A stretch of DNA of 64,000 bases, from the NCBI GenBank assembly GCA_965223265.1, contig OZ244999.1, positions 1,312,001 through 1,376,000 on the forward strand, given 5' to 3'. Positions 1 to 8,038 of this stretch are shown here, one piece after another. The notes under the pieces are model-generated. The model saw only the letters and a program-made list of their open reading frames with translations, did not search any database and was not told the DNA's origin. Both the position numbers and the translations under genes were made by a program. Position 1 is the stretch's first letter, and every line of letters begins with the position of its first letter. The DNA is from Planctomycetota bacterium. GTDB lineage: Bacteria > Planctomycetota > UBA8108 > SXIK01.

Positions 1-715
1 TGCCCCACTTGTCGTTTTCGTAGCTTTTCCCGGCAACACGATGCGGAGGGTCCTCCGGTCCTTGCCACGGAAAGTGGATGGCTAAATGTGGCACGTACGC
101 AAAGAATGGCTCGCTTCGATGACGAGTGATAAAGTCGATCGTATGCTTCGTCAGTAACTCGGCGGTGTAGCCCTCTTCGTGCGCAATGGCATTGTCGTGC
201 CACCAGTCTTTACGACCCCAGCGGTCAACACGGGTGTGATGATCTCCATCCCCTGATCCCAGGCCGCGAAATTCGTCGAACCCTTGGCTTGGTGGTAGCC
301 AAGGCGGAACGTACCCAAGATGCCACTTGCCGAAGCAGCCTGTCGCGTAGCCTTTTTTCTTCAATACTTCCGCGATCGTCACTGCCTCTAACGGCAAGCC
401 TTGGTTTCGATTCCTTCTGCCGGAGAGCGGGCCATCGAACCTACGTCCAAATCGCTGCTGATATCTCCCGGTTAACATCGCTGCTCGCGTCGGCGTGCAC
501 ATCGGTCCTGCTGAATGGAAATCCGTGAATCTTAGACCGTGTGCAGCGAGACGATCGATGTGAGGTGTCGAGTTGATTCTGCTGCCATAACAGCCGACGT
601 CCCCGTAGCCCAAGTCATCGGCGACGATGAGAACGATGTTCGGAGGCGCCGCGTCAAGAGCGCTGCGCGGCCACGAGGCGATCAACAGATAGAACGCGAT
701 GCTTAGAGCTTTCAT
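1..715 (-). CDS. Arylsulfatase family protein (N-terminal part; runs off the window start)
   Basis: Not in the ORF track; translated by hand from ATG at 715: signal peptide, [15 protein letters not shown], formylglycine motif [25 protein letters not shown]. Confidence 0.93.
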   Translation of the reverse strand, partial: MKALSIAFYLLIASWPRSALDAAPPNIVLIVADDLGYGDVGCYGSRINSTPHIDRLAAHGLRFTDFHSAGPMCTPTRAAMLTGRYQQRFGRRFDGPLSGRRNRNQGLPLEAVTIAEVLKKKGYATGCFGKWHLGYVPPWLPPSQGFDEFRGLGSGDGDHHTRVDRWGRKDWWHDNAIAHEEGYTAELLTKHTIDFITRHRSEPFFAYVPHLAIHFPWQGPEDPPHRVAGKSYENDKWG

Positions 716-799
716 GGTCGCTGGCCAAGTTGTCTCTGCAGTTCGGGGTGAGTCCTTCATCGTTCGCCACTTCCGTCGTCGGCCCAAGTTAGAGATACG

Positions 800-2244
800 T
801 TACTTGAACCGAAACGAGTAAAGATCCGCGTCTCTTAGAGCCACCTTGAGACGCACGGGCTTCCCGACGAGCTGGCCGACATCGGTGCCCTGTCTCCAGC
901 GCACGACACGAGCGAGCTCGTCGCCGTAGATCTCGTCACACTCTTCGAGCGTGAAGCCGGGCAGCTCCGCGCCGCGTGTGTCCAGGAGAGCGCAGCGCAC
1001 GCTTCCTGCAGCCGACGTTGCGTAGTTGATCTCGAGCTCGCTGCCTTTAAAGTTGATCGGTACAGTGATGAGCTCGCCGCCTTTGTACGGTGCCTTCACC
1101 GATACGAACCCGTCGAGGCGCAGCGTAAAGCGACGGAGGCGACAGGGGCCAACGTAGTAATTCTCGATGGAGTAAAGCGACAGCTCTGGTCGCGTCCCAG
1201 GGAGATCGCTCGGTGTCGTCAAGATTCCCCAGGCGATGTGGTTGTTGCGCTGCCACCAGCGATGATCGTTCTCGCCCGGGCGCAGGAACGCCTCGTCCCA
1301 GCGCTTCCATTTGACGCCGTCGCGACTCGCCATCAAGACACCGTCGCTGACGCCGGAGAAGTCATGATCTGGACGCGGTTGATAGGCTGCCTCGCGACTG
1401 GGAACGAAACGCTTCGGGAAGCTTAAGAAGATGTGTGGCGCGCGCTCGTACGCGATCGTCGCATTGGTGTAGAGATGCTGCGGCTCCGCATCGCCGAGGT
1501 CGATGAGCTGCGTTGGGCTCCAGTTGAGAAAATCATCGGAAGTACAGGTTCGGATGGCACGCACCTTGTCGACGAAGTCGCGGTGGAAGTCAACGTAGCG
1601 ACCGCGGACGGTGTCCCAGAAAGCGAGGTTCTGGGAGTCGAACTTACCGTCGGTGATCACGGGTGTCTCACTGAGCAGACGCCAGTGAATGCCGTCCGCC
1701 GAGGCGAACGGATAGAGGCCACCGGAACACCGCCAAGGGCTTTGTAGCGTTCGTCCGGCTTGCACGCGGGATTCTCATCCTTGAATGGGGCGAAGTCGTG
1801 ATCGCCCACACCGTCCCAGATGATGTTGTTTTGCTTCGAGCCTTGAGACTCCACGAGTCCGAGCTTCGGGCGCGTCCAGTGCTTTGCGTCCACGCTCTCT
1901 GCGTAGCAGACAACTTGGTTCTCCGATTTCCGGCGCTTCCAATCATAGTTCGAGCCACGGTAATACATGCGAAATTTGTCGCCATCTCTGAACACTCTGA
2001 CGTAGTAGCTCGTGTTGCCCTCGTGCGGCTCGTCGTACGTGATGACGATCTCGCGCGGCGTTGGGTGATGGAGCCGGAGTTCCGCTCCCCGCAGCGAGTC
2101 GATGATGAAGTCATCGGTAAATAACTCTCGGCGCGATCCGATGTCGACGGCGGAACGCTCAGCGGTCTCGGTCGAGGTCGTCGCCAACGTGACGAGGAGA
2201 GGGCTGAGCAGAGTCAGACGAAGACGGTGAACACAGTGTTTCAT
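800..2244 (-). pseudogene. GH32/GH43-like five-bladed beta-propeller protein, split by one frameshift near 1730 (pseudogene or sequencing error)
   Basis: ORF 1657-2244 (signal peptide, IGSRRELFTDD...ERYKALGG) continues in another frame as GLYPFASADGIHW...FDSQNLAFWD...DADLYSFRF. Colinear with the intact paralog at 24110-25639. Confidence 0.85.
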
Positions 2245-2393
2245 GGGGATGACCTGGGCGTTGGTTCGGCGGCGATTCCAATTCCACGGCCGACGATGAT
2301 ACTCGGACGCGCGATCTTGAGAACAGAGGTTACGTGAATCCGTCGAACGAACCGCGCAATTCTGGCGTTGGCAGACCGTCGGGGTGAGGAGGA

Positions 2394-2660
2394 GGCTGAG
2401 TCAGAAGCGGAGTCAGACACAGCGGCGGAGCCAGGGACAGAATCAGAGACAGAGTCAGATGCGGAGACAGATGCAGAATCAGAAACGGAGTCAGACACAG
2501 CGGCGGAGTCAGAATCAGAGACAGAATCAGAAACGGGGTCAGAAGTAGACTCAGACTCAGAGTGTGGGTGCGCCCACGCCCACGCCCACGCCCACGCCCA
2601 CGCCCACGCCCACGCCCTCGCCCTCGCCCTCGCCCTCGCCCACGCCCACGCCCACGCACA
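2394..2660. repeat. Compound hexamer microsatellite: degenerate GA(A/G)TCA/GAGACA/GCGGAG tract followed by (CACGCC)n/(CTCGCC)n
   Basis: Directly visible 6-nt periodicity from 2394 to 2560, then near-perfect CACGCC/CTCGCC units from about 2571 to 2657. Confidence 0.95.
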
Positions 2661-2931
2661 TTAGTCTAGGGCACGAGGTGACCAGCGTAGCCAATCTCTC
2701 TGTCTCGCTCGGCTTGTAGCCCATTCTGCGAATACAGATAATCCAATGATGAGCTCTTGTGATCGGAACGTGCACAGGCGTCTCCGAGTCGAACATCGAG
2801 CTTGGTCGGGCCGAATCTGATGCCGCTCGAGACGCCTGCCTGTGGCGGTCCTCTTTGATGGCGTCACGGTTCGCATCGTAAGTTTCTCTATGAAACCGAC
2901 GTGCCATCACGCATCAAGAGGGCGAGACGCA

Positions 2932-3399
2932 ATGACGAGCTACAGCGGCCAGAGGGCAGCCGCTTTCACCTTGATTGAGCTCATGATCGTGGTAGCGATC
3001 ATCGCCATCGTCGCGGCTGTTGCGATCCCGATCATCTCTACGGCGCGTATGTCAGCGAACGAGTCGGCGGCGATCGGTGCGATCAAAGCCGTGGTGTCGG
3101 CGCAGGAAGGATATCGGCTGAGAAACGGAGGGTACGGAATAGACTGGGAAGACTTGGTGGATGATGGATGGCTCGATGAAACCTTCGCCACAGAAGACAT
3201 CTTCGTCTTTCGCCAAGGGTATCGCCTACGCCTCGTAGCGACTCGCTATAGGTTTTGGGTGTTTGCCAATCCCGTCACACCGGGGCAAGATGGCGTCCGG
3301 TCGTTCGGTTTCAACAATGGCCTGGCGACAGCTCTACCGTCCGGGACCTTATTGTTTTTGGACCCGTCCACCACGAACGTCTGGACGCCGCTGCGCTGA
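2932..3399 (+). CDS. Prepilin-type N-terminal cleavage/methylation protein (type IV pilin or pseudopilin-like)
   Basis: A|FTLIELMIVVAIIAIVAAVAIP class III signal, then ARMSANESAAIGAIKAV. ATG at 2932 is in frame with ORF 2842-3399. Confidence 0.9.
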   Translation: MTSYSGQRAAAFTLIELMIVVAIIAIVAAVAIPIISTARMSANESAAIGAIKAVVSAQEGYRLRNGGYGIDWEDLVDDGWLDETFATEDIFVFRQGYRLRLVATRYRFWVFANPVTPGQDGVRSFGFNNGLATALPSGTLLFLDPSTTNVWTPLR

Positions 3400-3444
3400 A
3401 CCGCGATCTCGGGCGTAGCCGCTGTGGTGTGCTCTCGGCTTGGC

Positions 3445-4326
3445 ATGAAACGTTGCCTTCACGTACTCATCCTGTTCTGTGCATCAGCGGTCCTCTGCTG
3501 CACCAAGCCCGAGGTGCAGGGCGACTCGAGTCGATCGTTGATCGATCTCTCAGACGCCACCGCTGTGCGAGCTCGACGACCACTGCTCATCGCGCATCGA
3601 GGCGGCGTCGTCACAGCTCGTTCACCGGAATGTTCGCTGGCGGCCATCCGTTCTGCCGCGCGGCATGGTTATGACTTGGTGGAGCTCGACATCCAAGAGT
3701 CAGCCGACGGTGTGCCGGTTGTGTTTCATGATCGTACGCTTCAGAAGGCCTGCGGCCTCGACCAGCGAGTCGGTGAGCTCTCTGCCGAAGAACTGCGAAA
3801 GACCAAGTATCTTCATGTCGATGAAACCATTTGCGATCTCGACGAAGCCCTTGGTCTGTGCAAGCGCCTCGCGCTCGGAGTCATGCTTGACGTCAAAACT
3901 CGCGGCAGCGACACGTTTTTCGAACACATCGCCAGCTCGATTCGCGAGCACGGTCTGGTGGGCGCGACCATGTGCATCAACGGCGACGCGGTGATTCGCG
4001 AGGGCCTCAAGAGTGTCGCCCTGCTCCGCGTGCTGAGCGATGCTGTCGAACGAGTCGAAGATGGCGAGTCCGTTGCGCTCGCGGATTCGTTTTGGTTTGG
4101 GCTCCCGCGCGACCTGCCCGATGGACTGATCAACAAGTTGCAACGCTCCGGTGCGCTTGTCGTCCCGGCGATCAACACGTTTCGCTACGACACAGCTAAC
4201 CACCGCGAATCGGCACGCCGTGACATCGAGAGATTGATGCAGCTCGGCGTCGACGGATTCCAAATCGATTCGGTCTACCAAGATCATTTCGGTCGAGTGG
4301 CTGCGGCTGCGACCGAAGAAAAGTGA
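3445..4326 (+). CDS. Glycerophosphodiester phosphodiesterase (GDPD) family protein, possible lipoprotein
   Basis: IAHRGG, VELDIQESADGVPVVFHDRTL, LDVK, LGVDGFQID; hydrophobic N-terminus ending in Cys. Confidence 0.88.
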   Translation: MKRCLHVLILFCASAVLCCTKPEVQGDSSRSLIDLSDATAVRARRPLLIAHRGGVVTARSPECSLAAIRSAARHGYDLVELDIQESADGVPVVFHDRTLQKACGLDQRVGELSAEELRKTKYLHVDETICDLDEALGLCKRLALGVMLDVKTRGSDTFFEHIASSIREHGLVGATMCINGDAVIREGLKSVALLRVLSDAVERVEDGESVALADSFWFGLPRDLPDGLINKLQRSGALVVPAINTFRYDTANHRESARRDIERLMQLGVDGFQIDSVYQDHFGRVAAAATEEK

Positions 4327-4333
4327 GCGCTAG

Positions 4334-5653
4334 CTATGACAGTAGCTCCCGAATCACGTTGCCATCGTCGACGAGCTTGTTCGGGCGACCGAGATCGTCG
4401 TGGTATTCCTTCTCGGGGTCGATGCCGATGGCGTGGCACAGGGTGGCCATGAAGTCGGGTACCGTCACTGGGTCCATGGCCACATCCATCCCACTCTCCT
4501 CGGTTTTCCCATAGACAAAGCCGCCGCGGAAGCCGCCGCCGGCGACCGCGAGACTCCAGCCCTTCAACCAATGATCTCGCCCCTTCTGGCCGTTGACCGT
4601 GGGTGTGCGGCCGAATTCGCCGGCAGCGATAACGACGGTGCTGTCGAGCAACCCGCGGACCTTCAGGTCGTCGAGGAGCTGTGCCATCGCACCGTCGAAC
4701 TCCCGCAGCAGGTGTTCGTGCGCGGGGTAGTGCTTCACGTGCGTGTCGTATCCACCGTGCTCCCCGTGCCGCACCTGGACGAATCGTACGCCCGACTCAA
4801 CGAGCCTGCGGGCGAGAAGGCATCCTCGTTCGAATTTCGATTTGCCGTATGCGTCGAGAACGTTCTGAGGTTCGCGTGAGAGGTCGAACGCTGAAAGATG
4901 CTCCGATCGCATGAGCCGCAGCGCCGCATCGCGCCCGCTGTGGAATCGCCCACCGAGAGTGCTGGGCGGGCGTCCCTCTTCGACGCTCTGCAGTAGCTGC
5001 AGGCGACGCCCGAAAGTCTCCGGGGAGACACCTTGTGGCAGACCTAAGTTTTCTGGAGGAGCATTGGGATCCCAGACAACCGTGGGACGATAGGCCGGAC
5101 CAAAGTACCCGGCGGGGAATCCAGGAGTCCCGATCGAAACGAAAGCCGGGAGCCCGATTTCGGATTCTGTCCCCAGTTCACGTGCAACGATCGAGCCGAT
5201 TGCGGGAGCCTTGAGCGTTCCCGTGATGCGCCACCCGGTTTGCATGAAGTACTGCGCCTGGCTGTGTTCGTTCTCGGGGCTGATCATCGACCGAACGATG
5301 CAGAGCTCATGTCCCTGACGGGCAAGACGCGGTAAGCACGACGACAGCTGCACCTCAGGGGAGGTCGTCGGCATCGGGCGAAAGATGTAGCCGAATCGAT
5401 CATCGGTCGAGGTTTTCGGATCGAACGAATCCTGCTGGCAGGGGCCACCCTCCAGCCAGAGAAGGATCACCGACTTGCGCCCCGCACGTCCTACTTCAGA
5501 TCGGTCCGTGCCGGCGAACGCGCTCGGCAGCGTTGGCCCAAGGAGAGCGCCGAGCGCGGTTCCCATGGAGGCTTTAATCGCACCTCGGCGCGTCACCAGC
5601 GTGAGGGGCGAGCGATGCAGCGCGTGGGGATCGGGAATGCAGTCTTTCGTCAT
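4334..5653 (-). CDS. DUF1501 domain protein with Tat-like signal
   Basis: TRRGAI; LWLEGGPCQQDSFDPK; LLARRLVESGVRFV; GEFGRTP; GRDHW. Confidence 0.92.
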   Translation of the reverse strand: MTKDCIPDPHALHRSPLTLVTRRGAIKASMGTALGALLGPTLPSAFAGTDRSEVGRAGRKSVILLWLEGGPCQQDSFDPKTSTDDRFGYIFRPMPTTSPEVQLSSCLPRLARQGHELCIVRSMISPENEHSQAQYFMQTGWRITGTLKAPAIGSIVARELGTESEIGLPAFVSIGTPGFPAGYFGPAYRPTVVWDPNAPPENLGLPQGVSPETFGRRLQLLQSVEEGRPPSTLGGRFHSGRDAALRLMRSEHLSAFDLSREPQNVLDAYGKSKFERGCLLARRLVESGVRFVQVRHGEHGGYDTHVKHYPAHEHLLREFDGAMAQLLDDLKVRGLLDSTVVIAAGEFGRTPTVNGQKGRDHWLKGWSLAVAGGGFRGGFVYGKTEESGMDVAMDPVTVPDFMATLCHAIGIDPEKEYHDDLGRPNKLVDDGNVIRELLS

Positions 5654-5669
5654 GTTCTCAGCTCAACGC

Positions 5670-7469
5670 TCAATAGGTCAGAAACTCCGTCGATTGCAGC
5701 AAAGCCCACATGACGTCCGCGGCTCGTTCTGCGCTCGGTTCCTCCACCGCCCCAATGAGTTTGCTTCGCTCTGCGTTCGTCGGCAGACGCCCGAGTGTCG
5801 ACAGATAGACGCGGTCGAGGCGTTTCCGTGCCGTCGCTAACTTCGCGATTTCGCCTGGCGCTAAACCATGGCGCAGGGACGCCGCAACGAGCTCACCATT
5901 CATCCAAAGCAGAGCTTCGTTGGTCGGACTCCGTTCAATCCGCAGCGATTCCCTGATTCGCCGCAGGCGTTTGCCGATCTCGTCATACTGCGCGCGTAAC
6001 TCCGAGAGCTTCGTGTCTTCTCGAGCGTTTTCCGCAGCTTGCACCTTCTCTTTCTTCAACAGCGACGGGTCGGCGTGGACAAGGATGCGCTGCGCGTGCT
6101 CTGTGTCCAAGAGCTCCGCGATGTGGTCGGCGATCTCATAGATCCGCGCGTCTTCTCCCGTCACACGAAGCACTGAATCGTGCCACTGGTCCGAGTTGAG
6201 CGGTCGCCGGACCCACCCGATCCAAGTCTCCCGCACGTTCGAGTCGCTACTTTCGCTCTGCTGAAACACGCGGCTCAAAAGAATCGTCCGCAGAAGCCAC
6301 TTGATGTCGTGCTGGTTTGCGTTGAACTGCCGAGCGAGCTCATCGAGCAGTTTTGGGTGGCGAACCGCACCCTGCGGCGTAAAGCCATCGACGGCGTCAA
6401 CGAATCCGAAGCCGGTGAGCTCGGTCCAAAACCGATTGACGGCGGCGCGAGCGAAGTACGGATTCTCATCCCGCGTCAGCCACGCCGCCAGCTGTTCGCG
6501 GCGCGACAGCTCCTGGGCGTCGGCGTTGTCGACGTCGTCGCCGCCTAAAGGTCTCGGCTTCATCGTGCGCGGATTCGCGGGATCCGGAAACTTCACTTCA
6601 CGCTTCGCGTCCTCGAGGATGCCGCGGTCGTCGCCCCAAATCCCATCGACACTCCAATCACCTCCCGGGAGCGTGCTGATGCCGGCGGGATTGCGCGGCA
6701 GTTCCGGGAAACGCTTTTCGTAGGTAGGTTTGCCGAAACCGATGTAGATTTTCGCGAAATAGGCCGCAAAGCCCCAGTAGGACTCCTGGCTGAGCTCCTC
6801 GACATGCGGGTGATCGTGGCACTGGGCGCAGGAGAGGTTGACGCCAAGGAACAGGCGCGAGGCAGCCTCAGCGACTTCGTTCGGCTCGCAGTCGAAGTAA
6901 AGCGAGAAGTTCGAGTAGCCGCGGTAGGTGACCTCTCCATCCCTGGCAAGAAGGTCTGTCGCGATGCGCGACCAGCTGTGGTTCAGCGCCATCGCCTCGC
7001 GCGTGTAGAAGTAGAGCGTGGCGAGATTGGTGCTTTGGCCAAGCATCTGGCGCATCTCGGTGATCCAGCTGCGCAGCCGAAAGCCCCAGTAGTCCGCATA
7101 GCGACTGTGGGTGAGGAGTGAGTCGACGATCGCAGCCCTTTTTGTCGGGCTCTCGTCCTTCTCAAAGCGAACGACATCGTCAGGGGGCGCCGGTGCACCA
7201 TGAAGAGCCAGGCTGACGCGACGCAGGTACGTGGCGTCGTCGACGACCGAGGCGGGTGAAACGCCGCGACTCTGCCAGTACGATTCAAAATACTCGTCGA
7301 CGACCGCGGCGGCGTGATCGGTGCGGCCCAGGGGGAGTTCGGCGTGCGGACGCCGGGCGCCGCGAATGCCCTCTGGCTCAACGCGCTGCGCGTCGAGCGT
7401 CCCTCTCCCGGCAACGAGCGAAAATAGGAGGCCCGCGGCGATCTGCAGTCGGAGCGATCGGGTTTTCAT
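5670..7469 (-). CDS. DUF1549/DUF1553 (PSCyt2/PSD1) domain protein
   Basis: YLRRVSLALHG, CAQCHDHP, NPYFARAAVNRFW, HPKLLDELA, WALLQSTEF. Probable start ATG 7469 gives a signal peptide; the ORF stays open to 7790. Confidence 0.9.
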   Translation of the reverse strand: MKTRSLRLQIAAGLLFSLVAGRGTLDAQRVEPEGIRGARRPHAELPLGRTDHAAAVVDEYFESYWQSRGVSPASVVDDATYLRRVSLALHGAPAPPDDVVRFEKDESPTKRAAIVDSLLTHSRYADYWGFRLRSWITEMRQMLGQSTNLATLYFYTREAMALNHSWSRIATDLLARDGEVTYRGYSNFSLYFDCEPNEVAEAASRLFLGVNLSCAQCHDHPHVEELSQESYWGFAAYFAKIYIGFGKPTYEKRFPELPRNPAGISTLPGGDWSVDGIWGDDRGILEDAKREVKFPDPANPRTMKPRPLGGDDVDNADAQELSRREQLAAWLTRDENPYFARAAVNRFWTELTGFGFVDAVDGFTPQGAVRHPKLLDELARQFNANQHDIKWLLRTILLSRVFQQSESSDSNVRETWIGWVRRPLNSDQWHDSVLRVTGEDARIYEIADHIAELLDTEHAQRILVHADPSLLKKEKVQAAENAREDTKLSELRAQYDEIGKRLRRIRESLRIERSPTNEALLWMNGELVAASLRHGLAPGEIAKLATARKRLDRVYLSTLGRLPTNAERSKLIGAVEEPSAERAADVMWALLQSTEFLTY

Positions 7470-8038
7470 GAGATGCTGGTATGACCTATCCACTCTTTGA
7501 CATGGCCAACACCACCACGTCCGCCGGTATTGTCTTCGAAGCGCGAGGAAAAATCCACGTAGAGCGCGTCCTGGCGCTGGGTGCCGATCGAGGTAGCCAA
7601 GACCCAGTCGCTTGCGTCGATTTCCGCGGTGGTCTGTATGTTTTAGCCTGGCCAGCGGCTTCGTTGGGGCCGCGCCCGCACCGGGGGAAGAACGCCCCCC
7701 CATAGGGAAAGCCGGGTAGCGTGTAGTTAGAGCTTCGTTCGTCAAAGTTCGTGCCATACAATCGACCTCCTCAAGGGAATGGACCGCCATGAGAGGGCCC
7801 TAACGGTGGGCCGTCTTGGTGGGTCTTGACGAACTCGCAGCCTGTGCGACAGGGGGCGCTTCAGGTTGTCGGTCCGGTTGCGGAAGCCGGAGGATCTCTT
7901 CAGTTCCCGCCGAAGGTAGGCAGGATGTTTGAGCCGCGTCGGCGTGCGTCGCGGAACTCTTCGTGCGGTCTCGACGCAGGATGGGGTTTCAGCAAATGAC
8001 GCCGACGGATCCACAGAGCCTGATTAGGAGGCACCGTC

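Noticed and set aside
2241-2664. ORFs encoding (RG)n, (HA)n, (SD)n and ESETE-rich peptides
   Set aside because: These are by-products of hexamer repeats, which leave several frames open; no RBS or domain support.
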